Under the pieces are notes generated by a model that was not told where the DNA came from, did no database searches, and was given only the letters and a program-made list of their open reading frames with translations. Both the position numbers and the translations under genes were made by a program. DNA of 64,000 nt from Cycas panzhihuaensis (Eukaryota > Plantae > Cycadophyta). The DNA is taken from the NCBI GenBank assembly GCA_023213395.1, contig CM041465.1, positions 157,611,741 through 157,675,740 on the forward strand. The letters run 5' to 3'. Below are positions 52,336 to 64,000 of the stretch, in pieces (the stretch's first letter is position 1; each line of letters opens with the position of its first letter).

Positions 52336-54024
52336 AGTCTCATTTTGCTCGGCGCGTAGCTGGCATTTTCCACTTTTATTGTATCATCCGGTTTGTGCTT
52401 GACACTAACAATTAATGCTGGATTGGACTTGCCATATGCTTCATGTGGGTTTTGAAACCCTCTTCTTCAACTCTCAATCGTTGACATATTAATCTTTATC
52501 TATGGCAGGGCAGCTTTAAGCAAACTATATTTTTATGGTTGCTTCATAATTTTAGCAGGACAGTTATACAAAATCTCTCTATAGTTGCACTTTATTCATA
52601 AACTCTATGCATGCAGAGTTTATTCAGCATGTCAAATGGTAGCTCAAGCAAACACTTGGTTCTTGCTATTTTGAAACAGATCTATGGCTGGGTGCATTTA
52701 TTCTTCATACAATTGTTTTCTTCCAGAAAATTTTCAAAGAATCAATTTGCATGACTCCAAATTCACCAATCTAATTCTCAATTATTTCCAACACATACCC
52801 TAAAAAATACAAAATCCTCACTTTGACTGTACAGAATTTAATGGCCAACAAATTTAAAATCATTCATGTCATCAATCTTTTGTCTTCACAAAATCACACC
52901 AACAAATTGTCTATAGGGTAAACCCTAATACAAAAAGTAAACAGTATTACCCGGTAATAAATCTTCAATCACGGTCACTGACTTGGCACAATTTGTAACA
53001 ATGATGACCTTAGGGCTTCACTTTCCAAAATTTAGATCCTTAATCTGTCAAACGACTCTACGGAGCCACCTCCACACACAAAATGGCAAACCTACACAAT
53101 GATGAGCTTGACAAGCATTTCGCTCTCAAACAGGTAGGAGAACTTGCTCTGATACCATGTTAAAACATTCAAAGAAATCATTCCATATTCAAGAACAATG
53201 GAACAAATATCATGGTAGTATTAACTCATAATGAAAGTGATTACATCACAATGACTCCACAATAATATCATAATGGACCCCATCTTGACTCAATGTCCTC
53301 TACTCTACCTCAACCACTTATTTATACATCATAAATGAGAGAGTGTAGTAAGACTTGTGTTACATGTGGGACAAATGATCTCCAATACAACCAATGACGT
53401 ATCACCTACTTGATTACCAATAACCTAATGACCACTTGCTTGTACAAGTGTGCATTACATTAACATTACAGTATTGACTCCTGGATATGACATTCACGTA
53501 AATACTTTAGACACTTACACATTAAACATTATCTTCTAACAATATAGTCAAAATTACTTAGATATTCTCCCCATTGTTTTGAAATTTGTATCATATTTAA
53601 TATGGACTCGTGTTTATTTTGAAAGTTGTTCTAGTATCAATATAGGATTTTAGAAGCTTTTGCAATAATCATTCACACTCTCACGAGTAACAATTGTTAT
53701 TGGAACGCTTTTTCATTGATATGAAAAGTGCATTACATGGTTCTAATTTATAGCTTATGAACTATTAATACAATTTTTAAATATTGGATGAAGTATCCGA
53801 TTACAATTCAATTGCTTAATTGTTACCTATTAGCACATTAAAAAGCTAACGTGTCTATATGTATCCTCCGTGCTAATCACATGGGCAATTCTTATTACAT
53901 GACACATATATTGACAACTAAACTTAGACTTTGACTAATAATATTTACAAGAAACTTAAGAAATGGGCATTAGTTTTGAGACCCTACCATAATGGCAATT
54001 TCCTTGGCCTTGACGTGGATTCAA

Positions 54025-55890
54025 TTTTTGAGTTTTACAAATTTATCCTTACTTCATGCCTTAGCAAACAAATTAGCTAATTGGTTTTCTAGTCTACAAT
54101 AAATTAATTCAACTTCTTTAAGTTGAAGTTGCTCCTAGATATAATGATAATGCACCTCTATGTGTTTCGTCCTTGCATGAAAAATAGGATTCTTGGGAAT
54201 CTTGATAACCCCTGGATTATCACACATAAAAGGAGTGGGCTAATATTGTTGAAGTCCAAAATTTGATAGTATTTTTTTCAACCCTATTGCTTCACAAGTT
54301 GCAATTATAATTGCCTTATTTTCAGTTGCTCGAGATTACAAAGCAACTATGGGTTGCTTCTAACTATCCCATGAGATTGCGGTTGAACCCATACTAAATA
54401 AGTAACCTGTGGTGGACTTCCTATCATCTTGACATCTGAGTTTATACAACCGAGTAATCTAAAGTCTCAAGTTTTCTCAAATTTTAGTCCATAATGAAGT
54501 GTGTCTTTGATATATCTTATGATCCTTTTGGCTACCCTCCAATGAGCCATTTTGGTCTCCTTCAAAAATTTGGAATTTACTTCAACAACACGACTTAAAT
54601 CAAGGCTAGTTGATGTAAGATAGATCAAGCTTCCAATTAGTTGCGTATACCAATTTTCATTAATGTTATCTAATTTTCCAAAGCTAATAATTTTAAACTA
54701 GTTTCCATTAGTGTTGGAAAGGGCTTATAGTTTGTCATCTTGAACCTTTCCAAAATTCCCCATGTATATTTTGAATGGAACATAAATATGCCGTCTTCTT
54801 TTTGCCATATCTCAATTCCTAAATAATAGTGGAGAAGTTCTATATTCAACATCTAAAAAACTTGACTCAATTCAACTTTTAGGGTGCTAATTCATTTTTC
54901 TTTAGCCCCTGCAATTATGAGGTCATCAACATATAAATTAATAATGATGATGCAACTTCCATCTTTGATTTTTACACATAAGTTGGGATCTAGCAAGCGT
55001 CTCTCAAAGTCATTCTTGGAGTATTCATCAATTTTGTAGTACGAAGCTCTAGGAGCTTGCTTTAAATCATACAAAGTTTGTTTTAGTTTGCAAATTAAAT
55101 TTCACTCTCCTTTCTTTACAAAGCCTTGTGGTTGATTCATGTAAAACTCTTATTGCATTTCCCCATTCAAGAATGCACTCTTAACATCCATTTGCTAAAT
55201 TCTCCAATTAAATCATGTTGCAATTGAAAGAATTAACTTGATGGTTTGCAATTGCTACAAAGGTTTCTTCATAACAAATGCATTTTTTACTTTTTGGGCA
55301 TATCTATATGTCACAAGCCTAGCCTTAAGTTTCTTTATGGTTCCATCAATGCTAAATATAGTTTTATAGATCCACTTATAATCAACGATTGTCTCTCCTT
55401 CTAGAAGTTCAACTAAATCCCATGTCTCTTTTTTCAAGATTTCATTTCTTCTTGCATGGCTTTGTCTCATTTGGCTCTGCCAAGTGTTTTGCCAAAATTT
55501 TCAAATTCATTAGCATGCAAGACACTATTCATTAACACATAGTTGACTTGATGTTGAGTTGCTTTTCTTTACACTTGACTTTGCAATTCTTGGTCCTTTA
55601 CATCTTGTAGTGTTTTTATGTACCATTTAGGAATGGTTTTGCCACTATTTTCTTGCAGCTAGGACATTCATTATTGCTACGAGGAGAGTTGCTTGGAGAT
55701 TTGCTACCGTTTCCTTTTGCGTTACGACTTGGTGATCTTTCTTCTTGCTATAAATCAAGTTCTTTTTGCATTTGTTCATTTGTAGATAATAGCAATTCTA
55801 AATTTCTAGTTGTGAGTCAAACTTTTCATCAACGATCATCTCTCTTCTTATGACAACATTTTTGGTTTCAAGGTATATGGTTTTGACTTC
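54025..55890 (-). mobile_element. Heavily decayed Ty1/copia pol fragment (integrase end, RT, RNase H)
   Basis: Minus-strand TWDLVELL, KARLV, LKQAPRA, LYVDDLII, LHYYLGIEIWQ, HARTKHIEVH. Interrupted at ~55891 by another LTR. 53545-53980 may be its decayed 3' LTR. Confidence 0.85.
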
Positions 55891-55893
55891 TGT

Positions 55894-56115
55894 TGTAAGT
55901 CTTGCAACCAATTAGTCAACATTAATTAGTTATCAATAGTCATGACTTCTCATAAAGGGGTGCCTCATTGGTATAAATACAACCTCAAAATCATGTAAGA
56001 CATCATATTTTTATCCAATTCAATAAAATATAATATTTCTTATAGGAATATTTATCAACCTTACCCTTTTAATTTTGGTAGTGGATGCCAAATCCACTAT
56101 AAATGGTATCAGAAC
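55894..56115 (+). mobile_element. 5' LTR (~208 bp) plus PBS of another LTR element whose remainder is displaced beyond the window
   Basis: TG start at 55891 or 55894; tataaata at ~55973; aataaa at ~56022; end ccactata at 56101; tggtatcagaac at 56104. The partner LTR is not in the window. Confidence 0.6.
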
Positions 56116-56283
56116 ACGGTCGTGCCATTATGAAAAGAAAATTCTAGTAGCTTACTGCCTCGCCCATTGTTGTCATCTCACCTATTGAAGGTAAATGTGT
56201 GTGTGTGTTCGTGTGTGTATATCTATCTATCTATTTATATAATTTGTTTCCATCACATTTGTGTTTGCAAGAGCGTAGGCGTA

Positions 56284-56986
56284 TGTTAGGGTCAAAAATG
56301 TTAGATCAGAGAACCCAAGAGAAACAATCACTTGATGAAAAAATAATGAACTCTCTTGTCTATTATGAAAGGCATACCACATATTTATACATGAGGTCTC
56401 TAATGACCCATTAGGGTTAGAGACAAGACTAACATAATACGTTACATTTATGTTATATCACTTCACGTTAGATGTTACAGTTAAGTCGTTAGTTATAATA
56501 CATTAATACACAAAGGATAAGACATTATATTCTAACATCCCCTCTTAATGTTTGATCCTTTTCCTTCATGCCAATCTTTTTTTTGAAGTACAAGAATTTA
56601 TCCTTGAGAAGAGGTTTTGTGAAGATGTCAACGAATTGTTCAGAACTGGGATAATAAATTAGCTTGATTTCCCCTTTGTCTACTTTCTTCCGGATGAAGT
56701 GATGATGAACTTCAATGTGCTTTGTTTGAGCATGGAAAACCAGATTCTTGATTATTTGAATGGTGCTCTGGCTATCACAGTTGATTGGAGTTGTAAAATT
56801 TTGAGGATATCGCAATTCTCCCCAAAGGGACCTGAGCTAGATAGCCTCACATGATGATTGAACAACGGCTTTATACTCAGCTTTAGATGTGGACAATGAG
56901 ATAGTGGGTTGCTTTCCAAGATATGATTCCATTTCGCAAGTCGAAACTATAACCAGAGGTGGATTTTCGACTGTCAATGTCTCTTG
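56284..56986 (-). mobile_element. 3' end of a Ty1/copia element (3' LTR 56284-56537, PPT, RNase H), cut by the insertion at 56987
   Basis: ORF 56525-56815 (CDSQSTI...HAQTKHIEVHHHFIR...DIFTKPL); DSRKSTSGY at the junction; reverse PPT tcccctctt at 56538; tgttag...ctaaca ends. Confidence 0.85.
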
Positions 56987-59168
56987 TGTTAAATCTCATG
57001 GTTTACCTTATGTTTATAATGTTAAGCTAATGTATTTTCTATTCTTGTATTATGTGTGCACTTTTGCACTTTTGTACTTTAGGTGTAACTTTATCACTTA
57101 AGTGATAAAGTACACACCCACTTTATGTCTAATGACATAACGTTGTCACTTAAGGGTCAAATGACCCCCTTGCACTTTTGCTCACATGAGCTCCCAATGG
57201 ACACTTGTCCTACATGCAAGCATGCATTGCATGATTGACACTTGTCAATCATGCAATAGCCTTTGGTCTCTCATCTTCTCCTATTTAAAGAGGCCTCTCT
57301 TCATTGTTGCAAATCTAAGGAGGAGGAGCTCATTGTTATTCTGTCAGTTTGCTAATCAAGCTGAAGCATTCTTTAGTAGTTGGACTAATTCCAACTCCCA
57401 TTCATGGTATCTTGATCTTGCTCCTATTTCTCTTTGTGTTCTTTATGTTTTATGCTTCATGCATTTGTGATATTGTGCTTTTACTTATGATCTTGGGACT
57501 AATGTGGCTTAATGCCCATTTTCACATTTGGTATCGTGAAATGAAAGGTTTCGAACTTAGTTTGTTTAAGCAATCAAGTGTTTGTTATCTTTGTCTTCCA
57601 TTCTTGAAATCTGCCTTTGGACTATTCTCTGTCCCTGCACTTGAAGAAGTCCATTCTTGTACTGTCTTTCCTGTATTTTGGAGACACACAGTGCCTGTCC
57701 AAAGCTGAGCATAAAGGACCTGCATGGACAATGTTCAAACCACGCACGAAGAGGATTCATGACCAGTCGGTCAGTTAGCACTCCGGCTCGTAACTCGCCA
57801 AGTCGGTGCCAGCTAGCCCATTTCGTAACCTTGCCTACTCGGCCCGGTCATCAAACAACAGTCATCAGCTTAGTGCCCCGCCCACTCACCGTTGAGTCAA
57901 GACTCAATCAACATCGCCACCAAAGACATCGACATCGCCCAACCAAGACACCTTTGAGTCTACACTGCCAAGATCACCGTCCAACTCATCACTCTCCATC
58001 GCTAAGTCAAGACATTGTTGAGTCAAGACATAGCCAAATTATCATCACTGCCATCGCTTGCCAAGAAGACATCGCCTAATTAGCGGTCCACTCAAGACAC
58101 AACTCACTCATGTCCATTTCAAGATACTACCAAGTCATCGCCTAATCAAGACATGTCCTCTCAAGAAGCCCAATCGACAAGGTTAACCTCATCATTGCAA
58201 CACATCGCCCCGGCCAAGAAGATACATCGCTTAGTCACATCGCCAGTTAGCATTCGGCCAGACTCGGCCAAGATATCCATCGCCCGATCGCGGTGCCAAG
58301 TCGAAAGTGCCAACTCAAAGCCAAATTTCAAGATTGGAAAATCAACCCCTTGAAAGCATATTTTCAACAATATGCTCATGTGGGTCAAATTTTCCTTAAC
58401 AGAATTTTTTTGACTTAAATTTCTCAAAGGGAGTCTTAAAAGACTTTAAGTCTTTATATTTGGGCCTACTTGAAGATTTTTTTTACGACATTGTGATCTT
58501 GATTACCTTAAGAAATTGTTTTCTTTTAGTGAGATTTAATCTCACTTATAAAGTCTTTTTAAGTGGTTCTTAAAAGTACCTTTTTGTACTTACTGTTTTA
58601 AGCTCTTTTAACACACTTTCATGCTATTAAAGCATCATTGAGCTTAATTAATGTAATCAAAAGGCATATCTACATTGTAAAGGTGAAGAAAATTACCACC
58701 TAACTTCATTTTTTGGCACCTTGCATGGTGACGTTGGCCTTCTTAAGTTCAAAAAGGGGAAGGCTCATTGTGAAACTTAATAAAATCACAATTTCTTGTT
58801 GGATTGTTGAGACATTTCAAGTCTCAACAACAACGTCTTGATTTGTGTTAGCTTTGGAGCATTTCTTGAGTACACCTTTCTTGTGCCTTCATCACTTCAT
58901 CAGATCTTGAAGGTTAAAAGGAACCCTCTTTTGTTGTTTTCATCAAAGGTTCCTTACATCATTTTCTTTTAAGTACTCAAAGTACTTTATCATTGTACTC
59001 AAGCATACATAGCACCTCACTTGGATCATAAAGCACTTGAAATTTTTTTTTGTGCTCATTCTCTCATTGCTTCTTAAGAAGCATTCTTTGTAAGCCAAAA
59101 GGCATAAAAATCCAAGTAAGAAGACATTAAAATTCACTTAGACTTGTTTAAAAGTGAATTTAAAATGC

Positions 59169-59580
59169 TGGAGAGGCTCGAAAAAGGTTCAAACCTTGCC
59201 TCTAAATTAACCTTAAGCTTGGTGCATTCCCTAGGGGACCAACCGACTGCAGTCGATTGCCGCGACAATTAAGGTTGCTTGAGGAAAGGAGGTTCGAAAA
59301 GGGTGTTATTGGGGTCATGAATCCTGTGGAAAGCATGGTACGTCCATGCGGATCAACCCTACCGCCTTGTCCTAGATTTAACTTGGTCAACATTTGGATC
59401 TTCTATAAGATCAAGTTGGACCAACTCTATAGCCTAGTCCTCCACCCTCATCATTCCATTCAGTTGTTGGATCTTCTAGTAAGATCAGGACTGTTGGTCT
59501 TGTTAGAAGGTGGAACTTAAGCGAAGAAAGCTTTGAGTTTCCAAGTTATCTGCTAGCTTCAAGTGTTTATAAACTGAAAC
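59169..59580 (+). promoter_or_regulatory. Conserved, hairpin-rich pre-gag leader (second copy)
   Basis: Near identity to 33297-33709; stems such as aaccttaa/ttaaggtt, gcatgg/ccatgc and gatctt/aagatc (twice); palindromes ccctaggg and cgactgcagtcg. Confidence 0.65.
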
Positions 59581-62500
59581 ATGGCTGCCATAAACATGCT
59601 TAATGCATGTACCATAAGGCTAACAGGGCAATCAAATTATCAAGAATGGAAAAGAATCACAAAGAATCTCTTGATAATGAATGAGTTCTGGGGATATGTT
59701 TCTGGAAGAATCCCCAATCCTGCACTTGTGGATGATAATAATGAAAATCAACCTGCACCTGTGGATGATGAATATGTTGCTGCATGGGAGGCCAAAGACG
59801 AAATTGCTTTGGCATTCATTCGTATGGTTGTGGACATAAATGTAGACCAAAATATTTCTTCTGCAAAATCTTCTAAAGAAGCATGGGACACATTGTCCTC
59901 TTTGTATGAAAGGCGAGATGAAGCTCGCGTTTTGATGATAAAAGCAAAATTGTACTCTATCAAATTTGTAAAGCCAATGTCGGCATTCTTGTCCTCCATT
60001 AAGGAGGTTTGTAATGAATTAAATACTTTAGGTAGTCCAGTTACAAGAGATGAAATCATAGCCTCCATCACAAAAGCATTACCAAAGGACTACAACGGCT
60101 TTATATCATCAACTACACGAGATGGTTCACTAAGGAGATGACATTCAATGAACTTGAAAGCTTATTGCTTCAAGAAGAACAAATTTATGCTAAGGATAAT
60201 GAAGAACCATCTACAATGGTGCTTTCACAAAGAAAGGCAAAGGCAAATCAAAATCCAAACCCGCATTCACAAAGCAGTTTGGAAATATGAACATTGGATC
60301 TTTCAAGTCCAATGTCGTATGTCATTATTGTGGCAAACCTGGCCACATTGCACCTGATTGCGTAAAGAAGCAAGCGGATCTTGAAGACGGCGGCAGCCCA
60401 CGTGGTCAAAGACAACAGACCATGACAACAGTTTCAACAAAGATTCCAATGTACCAAATCACTGAAGAATCCCCTCGACCAAATCGAGGTGCCTATCGAG
60501 GAGGTCCAAGAGGTGGGGGTCAAAGAGGTGGCTACTAACGCCATTTTAACGGTTGCCAATGAAGACAAACTGCTTTGTGCATACCAATCATGCAACATTG
60601 ACAACACTTGGATTGTCGATTTAGGAGCTTCTCAACATATGACAGGGAGTGAAGAACTCCTATGCAACATCAAGGAAGGTAAAGGTCAATCAGTGACCTT
60701 TGGAAACAATGAATTAGTTGAGATTTCAGGAATAGGCACGATAGCTCCTTTTCACCCTTCCTCATCATTTCCCAACAGTGATGCCTACTTCATTCCTTCT
60801 ATGGAGAAGAATCTGCTATCTGTTAGGCAGTTGAACAAGCAACAAATGAGCGTACTATTTAAAAATGGGAAATGTATCATTTGTGACAAAGATGATTAGA
60901 TTGTACCTGTAGCCTATGAGGATCAAGGTCTTTATAAGTTAGATGCCAATAACATTACTCTTGATTCTGCTTACTCTGGTTCCACATCTTTGTCAAAAAT
61001 TCAGTTATGGCATCAACGTCTAGGACATTTAAGCCTAGACAATCTGAAACAGATGATAAACAAAAGCATGGTGTATGGGCTTCCAAAGATGTATGGTTCA
61101 AAATGTCTTTGCGAAGCTTGCATAATGGGGACACAACATCGGCTGCCTTTTCCTAAAGGCAAAGCATGGCGTGCATCTTATCCTTTGTAGTTAGTTCACT
61201 CAGACTTGTGTGGACCCATGTCCATCCAATCCTTTGGAGGAGCATTATACTACATATCTTTCATTGATGACTTCTCTCACAAAGTCTGGGTCTACTTCCT
61301 AAAGCAAAAATCAGAAGCCTTCTCCAAGTTCAAAGAGTTCAAGGCGGAAGTAGAAAATGAATCTGGCTACTCAATTGGCACATTAAGGTCGAGATAATGG
61401 AGGTGAATTCACTTCAAATGAATTCAACCAATTTTGCAAGGATAATGGAATTCGGAGACAACTCACGACTCCTCATACTCCTCAAAGAAATGGAGTCTCG
61501 AGAGGATGAATAGAACTTTGGCTAATAAAGCCAAAACAATGATGCATGCAAAAGGGCTTCCAAGAGCTTCTTGGGCAAGCATTTCACAAGACAACCTATA
61601 TGGCCAATCAAGTCCTACAATGAGCCACCGATATCACACACGAGGAGGCATGGTCCGTAAGAAGCCAACTATCGCCGATTTGAGGACATTCGGTGTATTG
61701 CGTATATGCACATACCGGATCAACAAAGAACAAAGTTGGACAAACATAGCCTCAAATGCATCTTTGTAGGATATGCAATCCATAGCAAAGCCTACAAGTT
61801 GTATGATCCAGCTTGGGAGAAAATGCATCTCTCAAGAGATGTAATCTTTGTTGAGGATGATCAAAAGAGTTGGATATGGCATCAATCCAACCCCCATTGA
61901 CAAAGGGAAAAAGATTGTTGAGGACTTCCTTCCCTCAATCTTATACACCATGTTCTTCATCCGCACCTCTTGTACCATCTACTTCATCTTCATCTGCTCC
62001 ACTTGAACCTTCCACTTCATCTTACATTACTCCTACACTTAGACCGTAAGATATTGAGGTTCATGCCACATCATTTCGAAGTTACCTAAGTGGTACACTC
62101 AAACTAAGCACAGGATGGTCATATCATTGAAGGAAACGTCCATCAAAGTATCGAAGAAACAAACTTTGCACTTATGGTGAAGTGCTTTCTATTGATGAGC
62201 CTACTACCTTTGCGGAGGCTTCACAAAGTGACAGCTTGGAAAGTCGCCATGGATGAGGAGATTCAATCCATTCACAAGAATGGTACTTGGGACTTGGTCG
62301 AATTGCCTCCACACAAACAGTAATCATTGTAAATGGGTCTACAAGACCAAATTTCATTCTGATGGGACACTCAAGCGACATAAAGCAAGACTTGTAGCAA
62401 AGGGGTTCAAACAAAAGGAAGGAATTGATTACGAGGAGACCTTTGCACCGTAGCAAACATGAACACCATCGGACTTCTTTTGGCCTTAGTGCACAATGCA

Positions 62501-63728
62501 AATGGCCCACGTATCAGATGGACGTGAAGAGCGCCTTCCTCAACGACGATCTTCAAGAGGAGGTATACTTGGAGCAACCTCCTGGTTACAAGGAACAAGG
62601 TAAGGAGCATTTGGTATGTCGCCTCAAGAAGGCTTTGTATGGCTTGAAGCAAGCTCCAGGGCATGGTACGCAAAAATCGATGAATACTTTTTGAGACATG
62701 GGTTTCATCGATCCACATCTGATCCAAACTTGTACATCAAGCATGAACATCACCATGTCATTTATATTGCCTTGTATGTAGATGACTTAGTGATCACGGG
62801 TGATGACACTAAGCTCATGAATGTTCTCCAGGATGATTTGAAGAGAAGTTTTGAGATGACTGATCTTGGACTTCTCCATTACTTTCTAGGCTTTGAGGTA
62901 TGGCAAACCAAAGCTATATCTTCATTTCCCAAGCAAAATATTCTTGGGACATCTTGCAGAGATTCGGGATGCACAATCGCAAGAGGCGCCTACTACACCC
63001 ATGGAGAACGGCACCAAGCTTTCTCTTAATGAGGAAGTTGAACGAGCAGATTCCACTCTTTATCGACAGTTGATTGGTAGCTTGATATATCTCACCAACA
63101 CTCGTCCAGACATCTCATTTGCCGTTGGGATGTGCTTTCGCCGTGTCTCAACCCAATCAGAAGCATTGGCAAGCAGCAAAACGCATACTCAAGTATATCA
63201 AAGGAACATTGCAGCTTGGACTTGAGTATGTACATAAGGAGAGCTTCACTTTGGAGGGGTTCTCCGATTCGATTAAGGTGATGCCGGGATAGCAGAAATC
63301 TACTTGGTTCTTGTTTCACCCTTGGTTCAACAACTGTTTCATGGAGTTGCAAGAAGCAACCAAATGTTACCTTGTCCTCCATCAGGCAGTACAAAAAGCC
63401 GCAGCTGACTTGTGAGGCTATCTGGCTTCGACGGATTCTTGGTGAGCTTGGATTTCAGCAGCAGCTGACCAGCATTCATTGTGACAATCAGAGTGTCCTC
63501 AAGCTAACTAAGAATCCAGTCTTCCACGCACGGACCAAGCATATTGAAGTTCACCACCATTTCATCAGGGAGCATGTACACAGTGGTGAGATCACTCTTC
63601 AATATCGACCAACGGAGCAACAGACGGTAGATATCTTTACCAAGCCACTTGGTAGAGACAAATTTGTAAAATTTAGAGATGGTCTTGGAGTCCGACTCAA
63701 CATTATAAACAATAAGGGGGGGTGTTAA
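59581..63728 (+). pseudogene. Frameshifted copia gag-pol
   Basis: [80 protein letters not shown]. Confidence 0.94.
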
Positions 63729-64000
63729 ACCTCATGGTTTACCTTATGTTTATAATGTTAAGCTAATGTATTTTCTATTCTTGTATTATGTGTGCACTTT
63801 TGCACTTTTGTACTTTAGGTGTAACTTTATCACTTAAGTGATAAAGTACACACCCACTTTATGTCTAGTGACATAACGTTGTCACTTAAGGGTCAAATGA
63901 CCCCCTTGCACTTTTGCTCACATGAGCTCCCAATGGACACTTGTCCTACATGCAAGCATGCATTGCATGATTGACACTTGTCAATCATGCAATAGCCTTT

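Larger units (their letters stand above)
49191..53541 (-). mobile_element. Non-autonomous Gag-only (TR-GAG-like) LTR element, copy B, 4351 bp; carries host-gene fragment(s)
   Basis: 384-bp LTRs at 49191-49574 and 53158-53541; TSD ttata/atata; reverse PBS gctctgatacca at 53146-53157; reverse PPT cctcccctt at 49575. LTR ends, PPT-proximal region and gag are homologous to copy A; no pol. Confidence 0.93.
56987..64000 (+). mobile_element. Young Ty1/copia element (5' LTR 56987-57526; 3' LTR 63723 to window end)
   Basis: PBS tggtatcg at 57529; PPT aaggggggg before 63723; 2 differences seen in the 278 bp of LTR that can be compared; same lineage as 31353-38419. Confidence 0.96.

Noticed and set aside
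52598-52660. Minus-strand KCLLELPFDMLNKLC as a captured F-box fragment, plus a short palindrome
   Set aside because: Too short to distinguish from chance without a search.
59257-59520. 87-aa ORF overlapping the conserved leader as the reason for its conservation
   Set aside because: Non-ATG start, and the homologous region at 33380-33650 has frame-breaking indels; RNA structure explains it better, though sequencing errors could hide a frame.

Overview
AT-rich plant nuclear DNA, probably from a large-genome lineage such as a gymnosperm or fern (inference). It is almost entirely nested LTR retrotransposons. These comprise three Ty3/gypsy chromoviruses (1-1710, 16152-21343, 43719-49159), four near-full-length Ty1/copia elements (4323-9469, 14989-27148 minus, 31353-38419, 56987-end), several copia fragments and three non-autonomous LTR elements. 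A hAT MITE is also present. The only intact-looking host coding sequence is one 59-bp exon of 20S proteasome alpha-5 (PAE) at 10368-10426, so the window probably lies inside two giant introns. The most unusual system is a pair of related pol-less, Gag-only LTR elements (28035-43718 plus; 49191-53541 minus). They share LTR ends, PBS, PPT, a pre-gag leader and a truncated Gag fused to an acidic tail, but each carries different host-gene fragments between PBS and gag: a circularly permuted RUB/NEDD8 unit in one and an antisense HHP/PAQR fragment in the other. Also notable are a ~410-nt structured pre-gag leader that is more conserved than the coding DNA in one copia lineage, LTR palindromes with compensatory changes, and a hairpin-repeat array. 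All identifications and identity values come from manual reading and recalled protein motifs; no database search was run.
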